Assembly (NCBI GenBank): GCA_040905465.1
Contig: JBBDRK010000007.1
Coordinates: 1-28,264, forward strand
Length of the DNA: 28,264 nt
DNA from: Trueperaceae bacterium
Lineage (GTDB): Bacteria; Deinococcota; Deinococci; Deinococcales; Trueperaceae
Direction: 5' to 3'
Shown here in pieces: positions 1 to 7,632 of this stretch; the first letter of the stretch is position 1, and each line of letters opens with the position of its first letter. The position numbers and the translations under genes were made by a program. The notes beneath the pieces were generated by a model. That model had not been told where the DNA came from and searched no databases. It was given only the letters and a program-made list of their open reading frames with translations.

Positions 1-897
1 CGGGGCATCAACTTCTTCGATACCGCCAACGTCTACTCACGCGGCCGGTCGGAGGAGATCCTCGGCCGACTGATAGCCGGCGAGCGAGACGAACTCGTCA
101 TCAACAGCAAGGTTTTCGGGAGGATGGGCGATGATGTCAACGCGGCGGGGCTCTCGCGCCGCCACATCGTGCGGGCGGTCGAGGACAGCCTGCGCCGCCT
201 GGGAACCGACAGGATCGATTTCTACTTCGTGCACCAGTTCGACCGAACCACCGCGATCGAGGAGACGCTGGCGGCGCTCGACGACTTGGTGGGCCGCGGG
301 CTGATCCTGTACCCGGCGGTAAGCAACTGGGCGGCCTGGCAGATCGCCAAGGCAATTGGCATATCCTCTCGCGAGCATCTGGCTCGCTTCGAGCTCGTCC
401 AGCCGATGTACAGCCTGGTCAAGCGCCAGGCCGAGGTCGAGATCCTACCGCTTGCCCTGGAAGAGCGCCTCGGTGTGATCCCTTATAGCCCGCTGGGAGC
501 CGGGTTGCTCACGGGCCGGTACGGAAGCGGCGATGGTGATGCGGGCGGTGTTGTGAGCGGCGTCGAGAGCGGCGGCACTGGCGGCAGGCTGGTGGAGAAC
601 GAGATGTATGCCGAGCGCTACGGTGACGGCGCTTATTACCGCACGGCCGAGAGGTTCGTGGCGTACGCGCGAAACGCCGGCGTGCACCCGGCCACTTTGG
701 CCGTGGCCTGGGTGGCATCGCACCCGGCGGTGAGCGCTCCGATCATCGGAGCCAGCAGGCGAGAACAGCTAGAGCCGTCACTGGCGGCCCTGGAGTACAA
801 CATGAGCGCACAGGAGCGCCAGGCAATCGGTGAACTGTCGCCGGAGCCGCCGCCGCCAACCGATCGAAGCGAGGAGACAGCGGCCCGGCGTCGCTGA
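1..897 (+). CDS. Aldo/keto reductase (5'-truncated by window edge)
   Basis: Frame 1 is open from base 1 and reads RGINFFDTANVYSRGRSEEILG...INSK...DSLRRLGTDRIDFYFVH...QPMYSL...PYSPLGAGLLTG...PIIGASRREQL. The AKR Asp/Tyr/Lys/His tetrad motifs are present. Stop TGA at 895-897. Confidence 0.93.
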   Translation, partial: RGINFFDTANVYSRGRSEEILGRLIAGERDELVINSKVFGRMGDDVNAAGLSRRHIVRAVEDSLRRLGTDRIDFYFVHQFDRTTAIEETLAALDDLVGRGLILYPAVSNWAAWQIAKAIGISSREHLARFELVQPMYSLVKRQAEVEILPLALEERLGVIPYSPLGAGLLTGRYGSGDGDAGGVVSGVESGGTGGRLVENEMYAERYGDGAYYRTAERFVAYARNAGVHPATLAVAWVASHPAVSAPIIGASRREQLEPSLAALEYNMSAQERQAIGELSPEPPPPTDRSEETAARRR

Positions 898-930
898 ACT
901 GGGCCCACCTCATTTGGACGGCGACGGAAC

Positions 931-956
931 GACGCGAGCAGATGACTGCTCGCGTC
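931..956. terminator. Perfect 11-bp stem hairpin between convergent akr and wrbA
   Basis: GACGCGAGCAG-atga-CTGCTCGCGTC. There is no strong U-tract, so the terminator role is inferred from its position. Confidence 0.55.
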
Positions 957-989
957 CCCGATTCTAGTTGGACTATCGACCCGCGAAAC

Positions 990-1616
990 TCAGGCGGCCT
1001 GCCGGTCGTAAATGGACTCGCTGTTAAGCCTTCCCGTAATCTCCAGCAGCCGTCGGGTCTGATGGCGGATCGCATCTTTATCCTGCTGGTTCAACCCCTC
1101 ACCGGTGGCAGTGACGCTGACCCCGTAAGGGTTGCCGCCTGCCGCGAAGATGCTGGCGTCGGTGTATCCGGGAGGCACGAGCACGGCTCCCCAGTGCATG
1201 AAGGTGGTGTAGAGGCTGAGCAGGGTAGTCTCCTGGCCACCGTGTGGATTCTGAGCACTGGTCATGGCGGTAACCGCCTTGTTGGCCAGTTTGCCCTCGA
1301 GCCACAGCGGTCCCAGCGTGTCGATGAAAGCTCGCATCTGGCTGGCCGGAACGCCGTAGCGCGTCGGCGTGCTGAACAGGTAAGCGTCTGCCCACTCCAT
1401 GTCGGCAGGCGACACCTCCGGGATGTCCGCCGTGCGCTTCTCCTGGGCCACCCAACCCTCCTGGCCCTCGACCACGTTCCGCGGTGCGGTCTCGCGCACC
1501 TTGCGCAGGCGAACCTCGGCTCCAGCGTCCTTGGCCTCTTCGGAGGCGGTCTTCGCCATCTCGTAGTTGGTTCCGTAGGTCGTGTAGTAAACGATTGCCA
1601 ATCTGGGTTTGTTCAT
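990..1616 (-). CDS. wrbA: NAD(P)H:quinone oxidoreductase, type IV (WrbA family flavodoxin-like)
   Basis: [48 protein letters not shown] and GGNPYG motifs. ATG at 1616 with a GGAGGA Shine-Dalgarno upstream. Confidence 0.92.
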   Translation of the reverse strand: MNKPRLAIVYYTTYGTNYEMAKTASEEAKDAGAEVRLRKVRETAPRNVVEGQEGWVAQEKRTADIPEVSPADMEWADAYLFSTPTRYGVPASQMRAFIDTLGPLWLEGKLANKAVTAMTSAQNPHGGQETTLLSLYTTFMHWGAVLVPPGYTDASIFAAGGNPYGVSVTATGEGLNQQDKDAIRHQTRRLLEITGRLNSESIYDRQAA

Positions 1617-1707
1617 GCTCTTTCCTCCCAATCAAGGTTGACTGTGACTGTCGTCGCTGCGTCTGTCGGCTCTGCGTCAGTCGTCTTCGGCGAACCGGCC
1701 CGGCCCA

Positions 1708-2658
1708 CTACTCGATGGGCTGCAGGTTGGCCACTATATGCTCGCGGCGCGGCTCCAAAAACGGGGGCAACACCACTCTCTCGCCGAGTGTTTCGGGGTC
1801 TTCATCGACCGCGAACCCCGGACCGTCGGTGGCGATCTCAAAAAGGATCCCGTTCGGTTCCCGAAAGTAGAGGCTCTTGAAGTAGTAGCGATCGATCACT
1901 CCGCTGTTGCGCATTCCGACCTGATCGAGCCGCTCCAACCAGTCCCGTTGCCGGTCGTCGTCCGGCACGCGGAACGCCACGTGATGCACCCCACCCGCAC
2001 CGGGGCTTGCCGCCGGTAAACCGGGACGAACCGCCACGTGCAGCTCGGCGCCGGCGCCGCCGGCACCCATCTCGTAAACGTGAACCGTTTGTGACGGGTC
2101 CACGGGGTCCTGATAGGCACGAACGCCGCGCATCCCGAGAACTCGAGTGAGAATCATCGCGGTCGGCGCGAGCTCGGGGACGCTGATCTCGATCGGTCCC
2201 AAGCCCCGTATCTGGTGCTCGGCGGGCACAGCACTGCCGTCCCAGGCGTGGAACTCCCGGTCGGAGGCGGGAGCAGCCACTAGCGCCAACCTTTGGCCCT
2301 CAGGGTCCTCGAAATCGAGTGTCGCTCGCCCGTCGCGTTCCACTACTTCACCGCTGCCGGCCTTCCCAGCCAGCCTGGCCGCCCACCATTCGATCGAATC
2401 GCCAGCCGGCACCAGAAGCGAGGTGCGACTGACGGTCCGGTTGCCGCGCCGTTCCCTGGGCACCTTCCAGTCGAAGAACGTGAGGTCGGTGCCGGGGTTT
2501 CCGGCACCGTCCGCATAGAACAGGTGGTAGGCGCTCACGTCATCCTGATTGACGCTCCGCTTCACCAGCCGCATGCCCAGTACATCTGTGTAGAACCGGT
2601 AGTTCTGGCGCACGTCGGCCGTGACGGCCGTGAGGTGGTGTATTCCCGTGAGCTCCAC
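1708..2658 (-). CDS. Ring-cleaving dioxygenase, two-domain VOC family (MhqO/MhqA/MhqE-like)
   Basis: [67 protein letters not shown] and LPPFLEPRR motifs. GTG start with a GGAGG SD. Confidence 0.92.
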   Translation of the reverse strand: MELTGIHHLTAVTADVRQNYRFYTDVLGMRLVKRSVNQDDVSAYHLFYADGAGNPGTDLTFFDWKVPRERRGNRTVSRTSLLVPAGDSIEWWAARLAGKAGSGEVVERDGRATLDFEDPEGQRLALVAAPASDREFHAWDGSAVPAEHQIRGLGPIEISVPELAPTAMILTRVLGMRGVRAYQDPVDPSQTVHVYEMGAGGAGAELHVAVRPGLPAASPGAGGVHHVAFRVPDDDRQRDWLERLDQVGMRNSGVIDRYYFKSLYFREPNGILFEIATDGPGFAVDEDPETLGERVVLPPFLEPRREHIVANLQPIE

Positions 2659-2668
2659 GGTTCGCCTC

Positions 2669-3181
2669 CTACGCTTCGCTGGCCTGGCCGACCGAGCCAG
2701 ACGTGCGGCGGCTGATCAGGGCGAAGACAACGCTGACGAGGGCGGCGCCGGAGGCGAGGTACACCACGACCGATGGAACGCTCACGCCGAGCGCCGCATC
2801 GAGGGAGTAGCGACCGGGTCCGCTCAGCAGCAGAGCAAACGCTACCGCGCCGATAGCCAGCGGAAGTTCGATCCCTCCGTTAGACGCCCACAGCCCCTTG
2901 CCGATGTGCACCAGCAGAATAGCCATGACCATGGCGGCAATGACGGCGACGGCGCCAACCGGGCTGAGAAAGCCGAGCGCCAGCAATACGCCGCCGGCGA
3001 ACTCACTCATCCCCGCGGCCGCTCCCCAGAGCGGTGCCGGCTTCAGGTTCAGGCTACCGAGCCAACCTGTCGTGCCGCGAAAGCCTGGACCGCCAAACCA
3101 CCCGAAAAGTTTCTGGGCTCCGTGGCCGGCCAGAAGCAAACCGAATACCGCTCGCAGAACGAGCAGAGCAATATCTTCCAT
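2669..3181 (-). CDS. DoxX family membrane protein (CatD/MhqP-like)
   Basis: [44 protein letters not shown] and GPGRYSLD motifs. ATG with an AAGGAG SD. Confidence 0.9.
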   Translation of the reverse strand: MEDIALLVLRAVFGLLLAGHGAQKLFGWFGGPGFRGTTGWLGSLNLKPAPLWGAAAGMSEFAGGVLLALGFLSPVGAVAVIAAMVMAILLVHIGKGLWASNGGIELPLAIGAVAFALLLSGPGRYSLDAALGVSVPSVVVYLASGAALVSVVFALISRRTSGSVGQASEA

Positions 3182-3218
3182 GTGATTCTCCTTCGTTGGC
3201 TACTCGGGTAAGCCCGTG

Positions 3219-3265
3219 CTTACTTCCGATAAGGCACTATACTTTCACCACTTACCTTTGTCAAG
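3219..3265. promoter_or_regulatory. Two aligned 15-bp palindromic boxes, candidate HxlR-family operators
   Basis: CTTACTTCCGATAAG (3219-3233) and CTTACCTTTGTCAAG (3251-3265) both fit CTTAC-N7-AAG. They lie 32 bp apart and overlap the predicted start site and the -35. Confidence 0.6.
3236..3264 (-). promoter_or_regulatory. Near-consensus sigma70 promoter for the doxX-dioxygenase-wrbA operon
   Basis: The minus strand reads TTGACA (3264-3259), a 17-bp spacer, then TATAGT (3241-3236). Confidence 0.8.
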
Positions 3266-3307
3266 TAACTGAACTTTAACGCAGTGATTCGTGCTAACCT
3301 GAACTCC

Positions 3308-3688
3308 ATGGAGCAGGACATCAAACAGGTGTGCCCCCGTTACCATCACGCCGTAGAGTTGATCGGCCGACGCTGGACTGGCGCCATACTGATCCTTCTC
3401 TTGCAGGGCCGTACCCGCTTCAATGAGCTGGCGAACTGCATCCCCGACATCAGCGACCGCATGCTGTCCGAAAGACTCAAGGAGCTGGAGGCCGAGGGGG
3501 TAGTGCGACGGATCGTCCTCCCGGAGACACCCGTGCGCGTCGAGTACCAGTTGACAGACAAGGGCCGGTCGCTACAGGCCGCCGTCTCGGCGATCTCGGA
3601 CTGGGCCGAGAGCTGGTTGGCGGCACCCGACGAGAGCGACTCAGGCGATCAAGACTCAGCCGATCAACAGGAAAGGTCGTCGGCGTGA
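3308..3688 (+). CDS. HxlR/DUF24 family winged-helix transcriptional regulator (YodB/CatR-like)
   Basis: VCPRYHHAVELIGRRWTGAIL, RFNEL..IPDISDRMLSERLKELEAEGVV.R and PVRVEYQLTDKG motifs, with an N-terminal Cys. ATG at 3308 lies 7 nt after TGcTAACCT, suggesting a leaderless transcript. Confidence 0.92.
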   Translation: MEQDIKQVCPRYHHAVELIGRRWTGAILILLLQGRTRFNELANCIPDISDRMLSERLKELEAEGVVRRIVLPETPVRVEYQLTDKGRSLQAAVSAISDWAESWLAAPDESDSGDQDSADQQERSSA

Positions 3689-3906
3689 GCTTCAGGGTTG
3701 TGCGACTGGGCCTCTTACCTCGTGTTTCGGCATCAAAATCGGTTACCGGCCCGCGGCCGGTGTCGGCTGCAACAGCGATAAGCGCTTGACCCACGGCCAC
3801 GGCTCAACGGCGGTGACACCTGCAACCACTGGACCGAATCCACAGGTTCTTTCGGCGATCGACCCGCCGTAATATCCTGCTTTTTACGGGGGCAGCGGAA
3901 CCACCG

Positions 3907-3948
3907 AAAGAGAGGAGGCCGGCACGGGGGCGCCGGCCTCTCTCCTTT
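3907..3948. terminator. Probable intrinsic terminator between convergent regulator gene and dinB
   Basis: Stem GAGGCCGGC (3915-3923) / GCCGGCCTC (3932-3940), flanked by a purine tract (AAAGAGAG) and a pyrimidine tract (TCTCCTTT). Confidence 0.6.
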
Positions 3949-3976
3949 GTCGTGCCAGGCAGTGTGGTGCCCCGGC

Positions 3977-5068
3977 TCAACGAACGGGAGGACGCCACCC
4001 CACCGGGTTCCAATCCGGAAAGAGCGGGGGCTGCAGCAACTCACCCTCCTGCAGCTCGTAGACACCGATTCCCAACAGCCGAACCGGCTTCTCCAGCACG
4101 AACTTCTGGTGAAGAATGTAGCGCGCCACCTCGAGGATCTGCGGGGCCGTGCGAATGGGCAGGGGCAAGAGGGTCTGACGGGTGGTGATGGCATGATCGG
4201 AACTCTTCACCTTCAGAACCACGCCGCGACCCATCGCTCCGGCTCGTTCCAGGCGCCGCGCCACCCCTTCACTCAAGGCTGGCAGCGCCAGCTCGAGTTC
4301 GGCGACGGTATGGAGGTCGCTGTCGAACGTCTCCTCGCTCGACACGCTCTTGTGCACCGAAGTCGGATCCACCGGCCGTTCGTCTATTCCACGAGCCAGC
4401 TGGTGGAAGTGCCTCCCCACTTTGCCGAACTGGATGGTCAGGAAGTCCTCCGTCTGACGGCGCAGATCGCCCCCGCTGCGTATTCCCAATGAATGCATCT
4501 TCTCCGCAGTGCGCGGTCCCACGCCGAAGATTCGCTCCACCGGCAACGACTCGAGAATGCCGTCGGTGACTTCAGGCGTCCAGACAGTGAGTCCGTTCGG
4601 CTTGCTCCAGCCGGACGCGAGCTTCGCCAGGAACTTGCAGTAGCTGACGCCGGCGCTCACCGTCAGCTTCGTTTCCCGGAGAATGTCAGCCTTTATCCGC
4701 TTGGCGATAAGGGTTCCGCTGGTCGGTCCTTTCTTGGGGGAGGTTACGTCGAGGAACGCTTCGTCTATGCTGATCGGCTCGACCAGATCGGTATAGCGAA
4801 AGAAGATCTCTCGAATCTGCTCGCCCGCCTTGCGATAGGCGTTGAAGCGCGGCGCCACGAAGATCAACTCCGGACAACGCTCCCGGGCCATGCGCGTCGG
4901 CATCGCTGACCCCACGCCGAATCGCCTCGCTTCATAGCTGGCGGTAGCGACCACGCCTCGCGCGGTGTCGTAGCCCACTGCGATCGGCTTGCCGCGCAAG
5001 CGTGGGTCATCGCGCTGCTCGACGGCTGCGAAAAAGGCATCGGCGTCGATGTGGAGGATGCGGCGCAT
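3977..5068 (-). CDS. dinB: DNA polymerase IV (Y-family)
   Basis: ILHIDADAFFAAVEQ, VATASYEARRFGV.SAMP, EPISIDEAFLD, KFLAKLAS..KPNG, GVGP.T and VRLLGIGV motifs. C-terminal QPPLF clamp-binding-like motif. GAGGAG SD. Confidence 0.96.
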   Translation of the reverse strand: MRRILHIDADAFFAAVEQRDDPRLRGKPIAVGYDTARGVVATASYEARRFGVGSAMPTRMARERCPELIFVAPRFNAYRKAGEQIREIFFRYTDLVEPISIDEAFLDVTSPKKGPTSGTLIAKRIKADILRETKLTVSAGVSYCKFLAKLASGWSKPNGLTVWTPEVTDGILESLPVERIFGVGPRTAEKMHSLGIRSGGDLRRQTEDFLTIQFGKVGRHFHQLARGIDERPVDPTSVHKSVSSEETFDSDLHTVAELELALPALSEGVARRLERAGAMGRGVVLKVKSSDHAITTRQTLLPLPIRTAPQILEVARYILHQKFVLEKPVRLLGIGVYELQEGELLQPPLFPDWNPVGWRPPVR

Positions 5069-5109
5069 CGCTCCTCATTATGGCGGTTCCTTCGATCAGG
5101 ACAGGGCGC

Positions 5110-5142
5110 AGTATATGACGCAAAGCGAATTTCGTGCTATAC
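5110..5142. promoter_or_regulatory. dinB promoter -10 overlapped by an imperfect 32-bp palindrome
   Basis: Minus-strand TATACT at 5115-5110. Palindrome GTATAtgACGcAAagCGaaTTtCGTgcTATAC at 5111-5142. Confidence 0.45.
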
Positions 5143-5182
5143 GGCGGTCAGGCCGATGCGACGTGACTGGATCGTCGGTTCC

Positions 5183-5395
5183 TCAGGTGTCGCGCACCGC
5201 GTGCCACCGCTCGAGACATAGCTGCTCCGTCGACTGCACGCCTTCGAACTCCGGCCAACGAAGCCAGGTGCCCTGCCGACGCCGCCTGCGCGCCTCATGA
5301 ACCATTACCGTCGAGTCGTCTATCTCCTCGACCCTCAATCGCACGACGGTACCGGTCGACAACACGCGCTCCAGCGTTTTGGTCGGATCGAACAT
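5183..5395 (-). CDS. Small hypothetical protein (70 aa)
   Basis: MFDPTKTLERVLSTGTVVRLRVEEIDDSTVMVHEARRRRRQGTWLRWPEFEG... The composition is protein-like and the ORF fills the gap upstream of dinB. No family recognised, and the start is uncertain. Confidence 0.5.
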   Translation of the reverse strand: MFDPTKTLERVLSTGTVVRLRVEEIDDSTVMVHEARRRRRQGTWLRWPEFEGVQSTEQLCLERWHAVRDT

Positions 5396-5673
5396 GGTGC
5401 CGAGCAGGTGCCGCTGAAGAGGACGGCGCAAAGAGCGTGTCCCCGCCGAGGACCGCGTCGCGCTGTTTCTGGTTCGTCTAGCCACGGCACGCTTCGCTCA
5501 CTACGTCCAATCTAACGCAAGTCTTCTGGAAGCGCGGGCGGACCGCGCGGGAAGTGTTCGTAGAGGGCTAGACGTACGCGGATTCGCTGCTAGTATGTTC
5601 CGTCGCCGCAACGATTGGCGCCCAGGTTGCTCCTCCGGCATCAAACCGCTCACAGATTGTCGATCCCAACAAA

Positions 5674-6255
5674 ATGACACCAGAACTCTTCCTGACCTGC
5701 CTGCTGATCTTCTCCCTGAAGTTCATCAATATCTCGACCGGGACACTACGGATCATGATGCTCGTACGCGGCAACCGCCTAATGGCCGGTGCACTGGCGT
5801 TCGTTGAGTCCCTCGTCTGGGTTTACGCCGCGGGCCAGGTGATCACCGACCTGAACAACCCCTACAAGATCCTCGCATTCACCAGCGGCTTCGCCATCGG
5901 CACGATCTTCGGATCGACGCTCGAGCGTTGGCTCGCTCTCGGCAAGACGCTACTCAGGATAGTCGCGCCGATAGGCTCCCCCCAGGTAACCGACGCCCTG
6001 CGCGGCCGAGGGTACTTCGCTACCACTATCAATGCCGAGGGGCGTGACGGTACCGTCCGGATCGCGTTCAGCGTCATCCCCCGAAAGCATATGCGCGACG
6101 TCGAGCGCCTCGTCGCCGAGATCAACCCCCACGCCTTCGTCACCTTCGAGGAGGTCCGGACCCTTCCCATTGCCAACGACCAGTTGAGCAAGGCACGGCC
6201 CAAGCCGGCGGGTGTACTGGCTCCGATCTTCGGACTACTCGGGAGAACTCGCTGA
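5674..6255 (+). CDS. UPF0316 / DUF5698-DUF2179 membrane protein
   Basis: IF..KFINISTGTLR, FVESLVWV and FTSGFAIGTIFGS.LERWLALG TM region, followed by a soluble domain LRGRGYFATTINAEGRDG...EINPHAFV. Confidence 0.85.
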   Translation: MTPELFLTCLLIFSLKFINISTGTLRIMMLVRGNRLMAGALAFVESLVWVYAAGQVITDLNNPYKILAFTSGFAIGTIFGSTLERWLALGKTLLRIVAPIGSPQVTDALRGRGYFATTINAEGRDGTVRIAFSVIPRKHMRDVERLVAEINPHAFVTFEEVRTLPIANDQLSKARPKPAGVLAPIFGLLGRTR

Positions 6256-6508
6256 GCGGCGGCGGCTGCCGATTGGCTACAACATCCCGGACGCTTCTCT
6301 GGTGCAAGTCCTCATGCGAGTCTGCGTGATCGTGCCATTGCTCCGCCATCGACAGTCTCCGCAACGGGTCAACCTCAGCACGGTTGTGTAAAGAGCCATT
6401 CGCTACCCTCTTCTCTCGGGTGCGTAGACTGGTTTGGGCCTTTCCGACGGGCCGACTTCCCTGGCGAGGGCACAAAACCTCGCCGATCAAGCAATGCGAA
6501 AGGCTTCG

Positions 6509-7327
6509 ATGACATTAGACCACCGGCCCATCCTGCTCGGCCTCGCCATCCTGCTCCTCGTCGGCTGCAGTCCCGCTGCCCAACCGGAACTCGGCGACCC
6601 TGCCCTGATCGACACTTGCGTACCCTCAGCACCCGCCGCAGAGTTGGGCCTTAACACGTTCTACGTCAAGTACTGCGATGTTTCCGGGCTGCATGTCGTC
6701 TCCTCGGCCGAGGTTCCGAACGAAGCCCTGATCGCTACCGGCGAGATCGTGGCGCAAATGATCGGTCCACTCCCCCAAACGGCAATAGCCGGCCTCCAAT
6801 CGATAGACCTGCGAATAGGCGTGATCGGCGTCGATCAGGTGACAACCGACATGCCGGAGTACGCCGACCTGGACAGCGCATTTCCTGGGGTCGACTGGGA
6901 CGAGAGAAGCCGAGGACTGGGCGCAACCCGGGAGCGACCGCTTACCTCTTCAGGGGAGGAGAACCTCCTGTGCTACGCGGGTGCTCGCTACTCCGGAGAG
7001 AGCATACTCGTGCACGAGTTCGGTCACACGATCAAGGATTTCGCCATGGCGGCGGTCGATGGCACGTTCTCCGGGCGGGTCGAAGACGCGTACGACGGCG
7101 CCATGAACGCCGGCTTGTGGGCGAACACCTATGCGGCGGCAAATCCCGAGGACTACTGGGCGGAAGGCGTGCAGAGCTACTTCGACGCCAACGTCGCTGC
7201 GGAACCGCCCAATGGAGTGCACAATCACGTTGACACTCGCGACGAGTTGGCCGCATACGACTCGGTCCTGTTCGACCTGGTGGATGAGGTGTTCGACGGC
7301 GCCACCGTCGATGCTAGCTGCTCATAA
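6509..7327 (+). CDS. Lipoprotein with zincin (HEXXH) metallopeptidase-like domain
   Basis: Signal peptide with lipobox LLLVGC. WDERSRGLGAT, GEENLLC, ILVHEFGH and downstream YWAEGVQSYF motifs. The start could also be ATG 6494. Confidence 0.78.
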   Translation: MTLDHRPILLGLAILLLVGCSPAAQPELGDPALIDTCVPSAPAAELGLNTFYVKYCDVSGLHVVSSAEVPNEALIATGEIVAQMIGPLPQTAIAGLQSIDLRIGVIGVDQVTTDMPEYADLDSAFPGVDWDERSRGLGATRERPLTSSGEENLLCYAGARYSGESILVHEFGHTIKDFAMAAVDGTFSGRVEDAYDGAMNAGLWANTYAAANPEDYWAEGVQSYFDANVAAEPPNGVHNHVDTRDELAAYDSVLFDLVDEVFDGATVDASCS

Positions 7328-7338
7328 CGGGTAGGTCG

Positions 7339-7632
7339 GCAGCGGTCGTAGATCCAAAGTACCGGCGACGCGGCCTGGCCGCGCAGCTTGCCGCTTGGCG
7401 TCCCGAGCACGTGAGGGCGAACCTTGGAGCGGACTCCTCAAGACACTGACAGTCCACCGGTTCTGGTTCTCACCCGGACACCCCGCTGCCGCCAGGTTTC
7501 TCTGGGAAACGCTGCGACACACCTACCGGGACCGGAACAACGTGATTCGGATCGAACTCGACCGCCGAAACCCGCTCAACGAAGTGATCGACCTGCCGTT
7601 CTACTGGCCGATCACCGAGATTCAGCACCTCA
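7339..7632 (+). pseudogene. GNAT acetyltransferase remnant in two frames
   Basis: Frame 1 from 7345 gives VVDPKYRRRGLAAQLAAWR (acetyl-CoA motif A) and stops near 7450. Frame 3 continues with TVHRFWFSPGHPAAARFLWETLRH...LDRRNPL...LPFYWP. No usable start codon or RBS. Confidence 0.6.

Noticed and set aside
1640..1690. Short direct repeat CTGCGTC(T/A)GTCG between the dioxygenase gene and wrbA
   Set aside because: Only two short imperfect copies, which is expected by chance or slippage. It is not a CRISPR or iteron array.
3880..3905. Minus-strand GCTGCCCCCG resembling part of a cobalamin riboswitch
   Set aside because: The following CAACTGT, the upstream GGGAA and the B12 box are absent, and no suitable downstream gene exists.
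5501..5520. CTACGT-N8-ACGCAA imperfect palindrome as a possible RDRM/DdrO site
   Set aside because: It spans 20 bp rather than 17 bp and the match is weak. It may just flank a TAGATT -10.
5396..5673. Possible riboswitch in the divergent leader regions of the small ORF and the DUF2179 gene
   Set aside because: I cannot recognise any conserved aptamer motif. Only a TAGTAT -10 candidate near 5591 is visible.
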